This document shows positions 51,019 to 62,560 of a stretch of 64,000 nt of DNA, in pieces; position 1 is the stretch's first letter, and each line of letters starts with the position of its first letter. A program made the position numbers and the translations under genes. The notes under the pieces were generated by a model. The model searched no databases and was not told the DNA's origin. It saw nothing but the letters and a program-made list of their open reading frames with translations. This DNA is from Utricularia gibba (lineage: Eukaryota > Plantae > Magnoliophyta). The DNA lies in assembly GCA_002189035.1 (NCBI GenBank), contig CM007989.1, forward strand, positions 2,790,001 to 2,854,000, written 5' to 3'.

Positions 51019-51222
51019 CCAATCAATACGTGACACGTCGTAGCGCTAGACGGTGACCCCACGCCGGTGCCGTCCAATTTTGATAGTATCATGTATTAAT
51101 TTTTTGTCTAGAGAGACAAATTTCTAAATGATCCCTTTTAATGAAGTTAATTCCATACGAATTACTGTTCATCTGAGACCGACGTGGCAGCCACGTTGGA
51201 ATAGAAGAAAATGATGACGTGG
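51019..51222. promoter_or_regulatory. Stress-type promoter cluster: ERSE-I, inverted ABRE pair and UPRE
   Basis: CCAAT-N10-CACG at 51019-51037; ACGTGGC-A-GCCACGT at 51182-51196; TGACGTGG at 51215-51222. Confidence 0.55.
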
Positions 51223-52101
51223 AATAACAACAAAATAAAAAAATGAGAAAAGAACCGGTCGCCAATCGGGATGTCCGAACTCCGAATAGAAAATACAGCT
51301 TTTATCCTTTTTTTAAAAATTTTCGTTATATTTATATTTAAGAGAAATGTTCGAAGACGATTCAAATGGAGGAATTCTTGTGTTCTGAGCATGAAAAGGA
51401 GACTTCGATCCTGAAACTGGTAAGTACGAATAAACAGCAGCCATAAATACATGTAATCGCTTTCTTCAGAATTGAATTCACCCCAAAAGATTTATCTTTG
51501 CAATCTTCTAGGTTCAACTCTTTCTTCGTACTTGCGCTGCTATCGCGTTGCCAAGGAATAGTAGTTCTTAAATGTTGGTTCGATCATTTGAGCACTCGGA
51601 CAGGCCCCATCCCTCTTCCCCCATAGCTTAAAAAAAGCCAAAGGTTTTTGCAGATAAGGATTGTCAGCACCTCAGCACTGTGCATGCAGGTAGGTATTCG
51701 ATGATATGCCTAAACGAATTCAGGGCAAAATTGTCTTTCTGGTTTCGTGTTGGGAAACCGCTCCCACTGGTTTCATTTCCGCATTAAACAATCTTATGAT
51801 TTGATCGCGAATGTGACCTCTGCATTGTCATAAACTGTTCCTCATTTAAGATTAACCATCATGGATAAATACCCTTTGTTTTTTATGTGATAAACAGGGC
51901 CCTTATGAAGTGCATGAACTTAAGGAATGAGGATGCGGTAAGAATTTTGGGTTGTGTGACTTGTTATTCAGTCATCATGTGAAGATATATTTTCTGTTGA
52001 GGATCCTCCATCTTTCCACCTTTTACAGGGGGACGAGTTTTGGTTTACTTGTCCTGCTAAACTGTGGGACAAGTTGATTTTTTTTTTTTTTTTTGGCTTC
52101 A

Positions 52102-52179
52102 TGTCTCTTATTATCTTAGACGAATAAATAATTGCAGTAGGACAGCTGTCTTAAAACCATAGTTCAAACCACTGAGACA
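52102..52179. promoter_or_regulatory. Two AuxRE (TGTCTC) elements in the LFY proximal promoter
   Basis: TGTCTC at 52102-52107 and GAGACA at 52174-52179, 325-400 bp before the LFY ATG. ARF5/MP regulation of LFY through AuxREs is established in Arabidopsis; function here is inferred. Confidence 0.4.
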
Positions 52180-52503
52180 CAGCTTTGAGCAGAAAGGCTG
52201 GGACCCCTCTACAGGGAGCAAATGCAACAGTGGGCTGGTACATCGTTCTGACCATGCAATTCCAAAAGCACTTTGGTATTCAGTTATGCCTTTGCAGATA
52301 GATTTTTCCAACCACAAAATCTTTTAAATATTCACAAATAAATGAATCTCTTTGGATTTCAAGGACCTTTTTTCTGGGAAAGTAGCAACTTAAGAAAATC
52401 TTGACAAGCTTTAAATACAGAACTTTCACTCAAGCACCATCCCTACTCTTCCAAGTGTCGAAACCAAAGAACTCTTGACTAAAATCTGTGTTGTTGTTTG
52501 AAA

Positions 52504-54364
52504 ATGGATCCTGATGCTTTCTCTACCAATTTGTTCAAATGGGACCCAAGAACCGGTCTCCCTGGTTCAAACAGGCTGCTTGAGTCGGTGGTGCCAATGG
52601 TTGCCCCTCCCCAGGCAGCTTACCCCATCAGGCCAAGAGAGCAAGGGGGCTGGAGGAGTTTTTCCAACCTTACGGGATTAGATACTACACTGCTGCTAAG
52701 ATTGCTGAGCTTGGGTTTACTGTGAACACCCTATTAGATATGAGGGATGAAGAGCTTGAAGAAATGATGAACAGCATTTGCCAAATTTTCAGGTGGGACC
52801 TTCTTGTTGGCGAGAGATACGGCATCAAAGCAGCCGTTAGAGCAGAAAGGAGACGCCTTGACGAGGAGGAAGCACGACGGCGCCACCTACTCTCCGGTGA
52901 CACTACTCATGCTCTTGATGCATTGTCTCAAGAAGGTCAGCGTTTTCATGGTACTAATTTCACGGAAATCTAATCTACTCTAACTGCGTATCTTGATAGC
53001 TTATAGTAATCAAATTATGCACTTCTTATGGTGGAAGTAGGACTCTCGGAAGAACCAGTTCAGCAGGAGAAAGAGGCAGCAGGAAGCGGCAGCGGTGGGA
53101 TGTGGGAGATGGTGGCGGTGCCTTCTGGAAGTAGGAAGCAGCAGCAGCAGCTACAGAGGCGTAAAAACTACAAGGCTCTTTCAAGAATTGGTTCAATGGA
53201 GGACGATGACGACGATGATGATGACACAGAAGGCCCTGACGATGACGACAACTGCGGCGGATACGAGAGGCAGAGGGAACACCCTTTCATCGTCACTGAG
53301 CCAGGAGAAGTAGCTCGTGGGAAGAAGAATGGCCTCGACTACCTCTTTCATCTCTACGAGCAGTGCCGCGAATTCTTGATTCAAGTTCAGAACCTTGCCA
53401 AGGAAAGGGGCGAAAAATGCCCCACCAAGGTTAGCTTCCTCCTACCTCCCCGTTCCATCACTGCTTGAAAAAAGCATTTCTGTAGGATTTATTTTTACTT
53501 ATAGTATTTTTTATGGTGATTTCCAAAAGTTGAGCAAACCGTAGAACACGGCCATATTCTTAGTTCCTTGCTTATTCTCAAATTGGGTGAGTTTGAACTT
53601 TGATCTACACGATTTGAACCAACTGAAACAAGCTCACCAACTCCACTCTTGTCTAGTAGATATCACAATCTTTTACACCCTATGATTAGCATGAATAGTT
53701 TCATTGCAGTATGTAGTTGTCACGGTGTCAACCAGTGAGATTGCAAAAGTAAAAGGAGGCATATAGGGCAATGATGGATTGTGTGAGATTCTAGGTGTCA
53801 TCAGGTGAGTTCGACAGCTCAGTTCAGAATTCTTGCCCTGACTGTGAAAAATCCTAGGTGCCCAACAAACCAGTGTCCCTGTAGCTTTATGTGGTTCCAC
53901 TAGGGCTCCCAAACCCTAATCCTCTGTAGGATGCATAGATCATACCTTTATTTTTCTTCCTGCGGTGTCACTAAATCATGGGGAATCTTTGTCAGGTTAC
54001 TAACCAGGTCTTCAGGCATGCAAAGAAAGCAGGAGCCAATTACATCAACAAGCCGAAGATGCGTCACTATGTCCACTGCTATGCCCTCCACTGCTTAGAT
54101 GAGGATACATCTGATGCACTGAGGCGTGCCTTCAAGGAGCGTGGTGAGAATGTGGGTGCCTGGCGCCAGGCTTGTTACAAGCCTCTTGTTGCTATTGCTG
54201 CTCCACAGGGATGGGATATTGATGCGATTTTTAATGCGCATCCACGTCTTGCCATATGGTATGTTCCGACGAAACTCCGGCAACTTTGTCACGCTGAGAG
54301 GAGCGCCGCCGCCGCTGCGGCAGCCAGCTCCATTACGGGTGTTGGACATATGCAGCCGTTTTGA
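52504..54364 (+). CDS. LFY: LEAFY/FLORICAULA, 3 exons, one -1 frameshift at the G-run 52645-52649
   Basis: MDPDAFS..LFKWDPR; SAM domain [24 protein letters not shown]; [34 protein letters not shown] and [18 protein letters not shown]. Exons 52504-52935, 53041-53429, 53996-54364. Confidence 0.95.
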
Positions 54365-54601
54365 AGGATTTGGAAGTGGTTTGAAAGACCGAGTTGTGTG
54401 TTTCGTTAAAGTTGTAGCCATGCATGCGGCAAGCCGGCAACTGTTATTTTTAATCCTGCCTCTAATTAAATCCTAATTAGGGTTACAAATTTTGAGCATT
54501 AGGAGATCTCAATTGTTTTTAACGAAAAGATTAACGCCTAATGAGGTGCATCCAGTCTCGTCAGTATGACTATACTATTTTCTGGGTTTTCTTTTTGGAG
54601 A

Positions 54602-54707
54602 ATATTCTCGATTAAAGAATTGCCGGTCTCGTCAATACCGGCAATTCTTTTTAAAAATTTATATTCTCGATTAACTTCGGAATTTTCTTTTTAAAAATTC
54701 CGAAGTT
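54602..54707. repeat. Twin 14-bp perfect hairpins, each preceded by the same 13-bp direct repeat
   Basis: ATATTCTCGATTA at 54602 and 54661. Stems are 54614-54627/54637-54650 and 54673-54686/54694-54707. Confidence 0.85.
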
Positions 54708-55706
54708 CTTATCCAAAATTCTTTACTTCTTTATTATTATTGCTATTATTATTATTATTATTTGTGTATTACCCCTTGTAATACGCAACTCTGGGATATT
54801 TTGGAAATATCAAGGTAAAAAATCTAGATACTGAGGAAATTTATGGACCATAACTTTTTGAGCATATTTTATTAATTTGGTATGTTAACGTGTACCTTCA
54901 TGGCAGGGGCGGAGGGCAGAGTGTGTGGTCATCGTCTTTTATTTGTATAATATTTATATTATAAAATTATAAAAAGGATTCTTTTTTAAAAAAATAATTA
55001 GTAGAACTGACCACGTGGCAGCCCATCGTCAATCCAAGTAGCCCCTTTAGAGACCCGTCAAATGTTGGCCTTTTTAATCATCTGATAAACCCAAATCGTT
55101 CTAAATTGGAAATAATGCAGTTTATGGATTACTAATTACTTTTATTTATTTTGTATTATTTGCACAATACATAAATAAAATGAAATAAAATAAAGGATAA
55201 ATAACTCTTGTGGTGGAGGCGATGTGCGTGGATAAGATCTGACCGCATACCTTGGTGTCGATGACGTTCGATGGACTTCGCAGCGATCGGGACTCCACAA
55301 AATCTGTCGCCATTAATGAGATTTTTAAGTTTTCTCGAGAAAGGGGAAGGAAGAAGGATAAGGACCCACCACGGTTCCACTCCACGAAGCTATCTATTTA
55401 TGCAGTTTTTGATTCGATGTCTCTCCTCCATTCTCACATCTATTCGAGTTCCTTGCTCCTGAGAATTCTCCGTTTGAGGGGTTAATTCGATCCTTTCCCT
55501 GATTCCTAGGCCTGTTCTGGATAAATTGGATAGATATTGCCATATTTCGAATCGTTATCCAAAGCCGACTTTTTTGTAGTTTCTCCAGCGGACTGGTCGT
55601 GGATTCTATTTAATCCGTAAAGGGGTAGGGGAGTATTGGCGTTCCCATTTGTGGGTTTTCGTTTTCTGGGTTTTGTTAATCGGAAAGTTCGCGTTTTGTG
55701 AAGAAA

Positions 55707-56331
55707 ATGGCTGCCTCTGTGGGTTCTTTCTCTACATCAAATGCTTTTGTTCAGTTCGTTGATTCTTCTACGGGTGGAAGAACAAGACGGAATGCTGATA
55801 AGAAGCAGAGGTGTAGAGTTTCCTCTGTTTTCAACGACCCTTATAAAACTCTGAGCATTACTCCAGGCGCCTCCGAATCTGAGGTCAAGAAGGCCTTCCG
55901 AAAGCTCGCTCTTCAGGTTATTAGCTCTTTTCCCTTCCCCCACAAATCTTGTTACCCACAAGGCTTCTGTTACTCTAACTTACTTCTGTGTCTCTACAGT
56001 ACCACCCTGATGTCTGCAGAGGAAGCAACTGCTGCGTCCAGTTTAGCAAAATCAATGAAGCATATGATGTGAGCTTGCGTTTATCCCACACACAGGCGCC
56101 CTTACCCATCTCGGGCCATTGGCTGAATGTGTTTGATGATACTTGGTGCAGGTTGTGATGAGGAATCTGAGAGGTGAACCAAACTCAAACGAACTCTACA
56201 CCTGCGATCCAGACACGGATGAACAGATGCGCGGAATGAACGATCCAAACTGGGAGCTGTGGGAAGAATGGATGGGGTGGGAAGGCGCTGGGATCAGGGA
56301 CTACTCCTCCCACATCAACCCCTACATCTGA
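55707..56331 (+). CDS. Small type-C DnaJ/J-domain protein, probably plastid-targeted
   Basis: Exons 55707-55916, 56000-56068 and 56152-56331 give [27 protein letters not shown]|YHPD and the C-terminal [26 protein letters not shown]. Confidence 0.88.
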
Positions 56332-56932
56332 CCTCCTGGATGCCCATTTTAGGATGTACAGACAAGTTGCTCTTTTGTTCATCTTTCAGCTTAACCTCAT
56401 CCACGCAAGCTGTCCACTTAGGACTCCCTCATCATCTGAAAAGCATTTTTTATTTTTAAAATAATGATGGGGTCCACATTTGACCATGTGACGAGGAAAA
56501 ATCGTACGGACTTGGGTTAATTAATATAGTTGGGCCAGGTGGTTTAATGGGCCTATGAACTGATCATGGGACCGCGTTATTGCTTGTGGGCCAGCATGGC
56601 TCAAGTAAATGGACCATCTTGCTCTGAATCCTAAGCATTTTCATTATTTATTTTGTTATTTTCAAATTACAAAATTAAAAATATATTTAAATTTACAAAT
56701 AATTAAAATGGTTTACATGATTTGGATTAAGAATATAAAAAATTGACCCTTTACTCCCATCTCTATTTTTAACATATAGTTAAATATGATGATTAGGTTT
56801 TTTGAATATGGGAGACATATAGGAGATTAATTCCAAGTCACATGAAGATGCCTCCTTATTTGAAGAACTCATATCAGCAAACATTTGACCCTCCATACAA
56901 TTTTTGTAGATTTTGGATTTGATTTGTGTTTT

Positions 56933-57070
56933 TGTCGACTATGTGATTCTCGGATACGAGTTGAGTGGAATTGGGTACATCATTTTTAAGATCCTTTATA
57001 GTGATATTGGAATGGATTATGGTGTTTGAAACAAGATATTTGTCCAATATGCAACAAGGTAGCTAGCGGA
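56933..57070 (+). pseudogene. Possible decayed RING-finger relic
   Basis: CRLC and W-x6-CPIC lie in the same frame 36 codons apart (RING-like spacing), but the interval has three stops and lacks the central ligands. Confidence 0.25.
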
Positions 57071-57765
57071 TGCAAGTAAAGAGGTGCACCTCCCTGATGT
57101 GTTGATTAGACCATGGGACCCTGCTATCAATAAGATCCTGATCGTGTGGGTGTGGATGCTGAGGAACTGCAATTGGTTCTCAATGGCGGGGCACATTTCA
57201 TGTCGCACTCATCTTTTTTGTGCACATCACTTGTGAACAGTGATGATAAAGAGGACACATTTCCTAAGTTGATTTTCTTTTTCTTTTTTCCCATTGGGAC
57301 ATCTCCCACGTTTCACTGTCCATGGACAACGCCCCACAGTGTCAAGACTTTGTTCAAATGTTCCATTACAAAAATAACGTTTTTCGACTTATGATTTTGA
57401 TAAAATAAAAGTTGGAATTCTATGATTTCTTAGAAATAATAAGCGTATGTATAATTTTGAATTTTTTGAAATAGAAATCGTTCGCATTTAATAATTTTAT
57501 TGTATTTGTTATATTGATTTGGAAGTACCTTCATGAAGAAAGGGTTGGGTTGGTTAAAGTAGTTTGGTTGGTGTATTTGGATCTTGTTGTAAAGAACTTT
57601 ATTATAAAGTGGTTTAAGTAATCATATCATATCATATCATATACAATGATTGGGGCTTTTTTTTAAAAAAAAGAAATGTATAATGTGCAATTTAGATAGG
57701 GTTAAAATTTTATTTTAATATGGACGACTTGCACACCCTGAGACAACTAGTTTGCAAGTGATACG

Positions 57766-59103
57766 TCAAACATCACGGGGATCAACAAAAGTAGGAGCCG
57801 TTGGATCAAATATTAAGCACTCCTGATCGTTGATCTCCTCTTCTTCTCCGAGTTGTTTTATGCACCACACGTCTTTGCAAGAGTACTTGCTCCGATGCGG
57901 TACGGCGGCTTTTAAGGCGTCGTCCGCTGGCCCGATTTCGGTAACCACCGCCCGGCATCCGTCGTGGGCGGTGGCCTTGTTATGGGCAAAGTAACATAGA
58001 GCCTTCATCATACTCCCGCCGTCCTCACCTTCCATATGTAGCCCGTATAAGAAATGAAACCCGAACTTGGCGAAAACGTTGGGGATCGAAGGGATCCTCA
58101 GCCACGGCGCCATGGAATCGGCGATCCGAGATCCGAGGCAGGCGAGCCGTTTCACCATGGAGACACCCTTCAGTTGCAGTTGGAACACTTGCTTTGTGTT
58201 CCAAATGCTAAGCATGGCGAAGGAAGCTGGCAAATAGAGGGTTTTATTTTGCTTCCATGTACAATTCCTTGGGAAAGCCATGAAAGTTCCGAGATTCAGC
58301 TTGTTATTAAGCAAGTTATCGATGTCTTCTGGGAAGAACTCCGATCCCGTTAACAAAGTTCGATAGAGCGACGCGGCGAGCTTCGGATTGAGACGGACGA
58401 TGTCGATTCCGGGAGGCAGTGGAATTCTTTTCCGACCAACGGGCTGAATCAAAACTGTTGGATCGAGGAATTTCGAGTAGTTGCATTTCCTGGTGAAGAG
58501 ATTAAGACTAGCAAGATTATTGCAGTCTGTAGCCATGTATGCATATTGTGCACCTTGGCTCTTACTCCATGCTTCGATTTCCTTCACTAGCTTAGTAGCT
58601 ATCCCCATTCTCCTGCATCCATAAATGGGCATTGTTCAGTGAGTACTCCTCACCTGCAAATCAACAAGATGACATACCTGTGCGATGTCGAAACCCTAAG
58701 TCCAAGAATATAGCCTAGCTTCATGGACACTGCTGCACCCTCTGATCTTCCCTTTTTCCATTTCCTGAACGTTTTAATGCAACCCCTTATGATTCCCACT
58801 ATTTCCCCTTCGTAGTCCGCAACCTGATCACAGAGAGAGAATAAAGAAAAATGCAAAAGAGCTCCCTTTTTGCTTCAGTCGGCCGAGTTTCATTCAAGAT
58901 ACCAGCATAATGTGCGCGCCGAAGTGTCGAATTCGAGCCAGAGGGTCGCCCATGAGATCAGTCAGGAGTGAGGGCTTCCCCGGCTGCCCCATCTCGCACC
59001 GCCGCTCGAGCTCCTCGACGGCCGCCGTATCCCTCGCTTCATCGTACGGTCTTACCACCACCAACACCGAGTTCGTGTAAGCTGCTACTCTGTTCATAGG
59101 CAT
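57766..59103 (-). CDS. GNAT N-acetyltransferase, HOOKLESS1-like family, 3 exons
   Basis: VRPYDEARDTAAVEELERRCEMG..SLLTDLMGDPLARIRH|VA...IVGIIRGCIK...YILGLRVSTSHR|RMGIATKLV...AYMATDCNNLASLNLFTRKCNY; ends FVDPRDV. Confidence 0.9.
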
Positions 59104-61134
59104 CACCACGTCGCTCGTGTGGCGGAGAGAGGGAGATGATGGGCACGGAAATCTTACTTCTATGGCGGTGATTGTTTATAGGCAAGGACATGGCTGTCGT
59201 GGCCTTCCCTTTTGGCACCTAAACCGTTGGTTCCCACCAATCAATTTGCAATAACCACATGGGTTTTACAGCCACCCATTATCGCAAAATAATTCCATCA
59301 AAAATATCATTTTTTTGTCTATTTTTTATGATAAAAAACTATAAATAATTAAATCTGAGTATAAAATTCAAAATATATTAATTTTATATTATTTCAATTT
59401 AAAATTTTTAAATATATTTTTGCTTATAATCCATAATCATTATTATCTCATAAATTTTACCATTTTAGAAATACTTATTTGAACCGTTTAATATTTTTTC
59501 GATTATCTATATAGATAACCATCATCGTATCCATATATCATATTAATTTTATTATGTATATAAATTATTATTATACCATCTTTCCAAACGATTTCAAAAA
59601 ATCTTTTATCTTATTCAATAGTTGGTATCTGGATAGCTATTCAATTCTATTTTCATTTTCCAAGCTGACAAAAGAATAAATGCCACTCGCCTGGTTTTTT
59701 GGCTGTGGTTGGCGATTTTTTTTTTTTTTTTGTAATGTTCGAAGTTCAATTTTATTTTTATGTGGACCTTATTAAGATATCGTAATCTTGGTCTTCCATC
59801 TTGATCCACACTAGGACAAGGTGGATGCGTTTGGACAAGTCTTTTTTTGATATTTTTTTCTAGTATTGTGCATGTCTGGATTTGCCTTTTATCTTCATTT
59901 TAAACCATTTTTTTGTCACGATTTCATTAGAAAGAAGCATTACCCGATGGTGCTGATGAAGATAAGCCACTGGATTGCATAATTAGTGGCCTTTATAGTA
60001 TTTGGAGCACCCATGGCCATTTTGTGCACGTGCAAATAAATAACTATGAGAAATATCCACTATCAAGAGAAAATAATTCATTGCTTCTATCAAGTTGAGA
60101 GTATGGGGGAGACGACTTAGATGCTAAGGTTTCAGATTTAGAATTGTCACGGGTTTATAAGACGAGTCGATCATTTTTCGATATGAAATAAGGATTCATG
60201 CTTCTAATCTGCGTAGGAGGGACAATATCAGTAAGGGTAATCGAATCATGCTATGATAATTAAAAAATAAACTTGAAAAAAAAGGGAATCACATCCAAAT
60301 GAAAATGGACAAAAGGATGCTGGAGGACACGATCCAACATCATATTGTCCGCCACTGAACCCATCCCCTTTGTCCAAGTGCAAAGCTTGTCTGCCTCTAA
60401 CGACGATTAGCTGTCCCTCTAATTGTTGATTATCGCACGACAATCCCTCTCTCTCTTCCTTAAAGCATTTGACATTAATCATTGTGCCTGCACTTGGACA
60501 TCGCCAGGGATTCGAAAATGTGTAACAGATGGAGTCCGGAACGGACAAGGGTGGGCGCAGGACGGTCGCCCGGAGAGCCGTGGTGAGTGTTGGCAGCAGG
60601 ATTTCGATATTGTTTTCTACGAATGGGGATTGGACACGTGTTCTTAGTGAATATTAAACAACGTGATACTTGGGTATTAAATGCGCTAATTATCTTATAA
60701 TTAAAAAAATAAGATTTTAAACTGGGGGAATTGTGAGCCCAGTTTCATTTTCTGATCCATCTTCAAGGCCCAATTACTGGTCCTCCTCTCCCCCAGCATG
60801 AAACAATTGAGCTTTTTGTGGGGGAATTGGATCACTTTTTTAGATGAATTTCGTCTGGAAACTGCGATTCGTTTCTATGGGTTGTTCGGATTCTGGGTGC
60901 GTATAAGGGGAAAAATTTAATGAATTTGGTGTAGTGGAGAGTGGTCCAAGTAGGTTAACGCGGTGTAGTGCAATTTTCGTCGTTTTGAAAAATGTTGAAT
61001 CAGGCAAGTTGTGAGTTTGGTTGCTAGTGAAATCTGCTGTTATCTAGAGAGGCTAAGTCTGCCTAATCCGCAAAATTTTGTGATTGTCTCGGGTACATGA
61101 ATATTGATATGCTTTCATGGATCTGAATCGGCGT

Positions 61135-62360
61135 CTACCATTTTTCTACTTGGTTGCTTTGCTGAAGTAACTTCCCAGAAATGGCAGTGGCCAGGGATGC
61201 TTTGAAGCTCGGGTCTTTGGTTAGTACGGAAGCCATATGTTCCACTAACAACTGCTGAACCTCTGAACTATCAACTTTTGATCTCGTAGCTTCACCGTAC
61301 TGCTTCTGCTTAGTAAGATCAAGAGTTACTGTTGGGCTCGTAGAGGTTGGGACTGGCGTCTTGGTAACTGCTACTACGCCTCTATTCGGATTCGGATTCG
61401 AATTCACTTCGAATTTTGATGGATTTGGATGGTTGTGCTCCCCTTCATATGTTGCTATCAAAATTGATTGATCCTCTATGCTTCTTTGAACCTGAGTATG
61501 AGCAAAGATTGGTTTCAGATGAATCCTTTGGGAACGAACTGACAAAAGTCGTACAAAGATATTTGTCTACCTTCTTTTTAACAGGGCAGTTTGGAGCAAA
61601 TGAGCACTTGAAATAAGCTCTGGGAGAAGGGTTATCTCTGGTCACCTTCTGACCATATTTCCTCCATTGATACCCATCTTTAACAATCTGCAAGTCAGAT
61701 ATCCTTTCAGTCCCAAGCTTGGAAGACAGAGATTTTGAGTTGATGATGACATACCAGGCTTGTATCAGATGCTTCGGTTCTCACATGAACTTGTGAAATC
61801 GTCGTCTTGACGAGCTCTTCCCTCGGTTTCTTTACCGAATCTTCGTCGCTGGAGGTGCTCTCAGAAGTTCCTATGTTGATAGTATTGTTGTTGCTGGCTT
61901 TCCTCTTCTTTGATCCACTGGTGTTGTTGTCACTTTCCAAGCCTGCTGAATGCTTACTACTCCTCTCCAACTGGTTCTTTAAATCACTATACTTCTCACA
62001 CACAATCTTCAACTTCTCCTTCAAATTTTTGTTTTCTTCCCCCACTCTCTTTATCTCCTCCTCCAAAGCTGTCCTCTGCACAAAACAAACCCCAATTCAA
62101 TACACAACCACGACACCTGAAGTATTCGGTGCCCTTTACATACCTCTCGTTGATGAGGCAAGTCCAAGATACTTGTAGCCAGCCCCAGAAAACTATCCCC
62201 ACTCTCCTCCTTCTGCAACACACAAAAACATCAGCTAAAGCTGCTGAAATCAGACAACCCCACAAAAGGGATGTACCAGTAAGAGAGGCTTCTCATCACG
62301 GGTTCTTGTGGGCTTGGAGTTGAGATCCAGAGGAGAAGCTAAAAGGCTTGTGAACTCCAT
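61135..62360 (-). CDS. WRKY40: WRKY transcription factor, group IIa (WRKY40/18/60-like), 5 exons
   Basis: MEFTSL....LDLN start, leucine zipper [56 protein letters not shown]|VQRS..YEGEHNH, and C-terminal [21 protein letters not shown]. Confidence 0.92.
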
Positions 62361-62560
62361 GAAAACAAAACTATCAGAGATTGGTTTCAGTGGAGACAGA
62401 GGGTGATATATAGATAACCCGATCTCTGAGACTAGTGAAGTGATTGAAGACTTCAAATTTGATAGGAGTTTGTCAATTGGCAGATTCCCAGCATCCTATG
62501 TGGTAGATCCCATGCGTCAAAACGACTAGTCGCCTCAAGGTAAACTCGTCCTCACGCCTT

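Noticed and set aside
6583-54364. Programmed frameshifting or insertion editing as the explanation for the repeated -1 lesions
   Set aside because: No shared slippery motif or downstream structure, all four bases are affected, and no such nuclear mechanism is known in plants; sequencing error is far more parsimonious.
60371-60500. 12-bp inverted repeat (TGTCCAAGTGCA/TGCACTTGGACA) as a MIRNA candidate
   Set aside because: Pairing does not extend to about 21 nt and matches no conserved plant miRNA I know.
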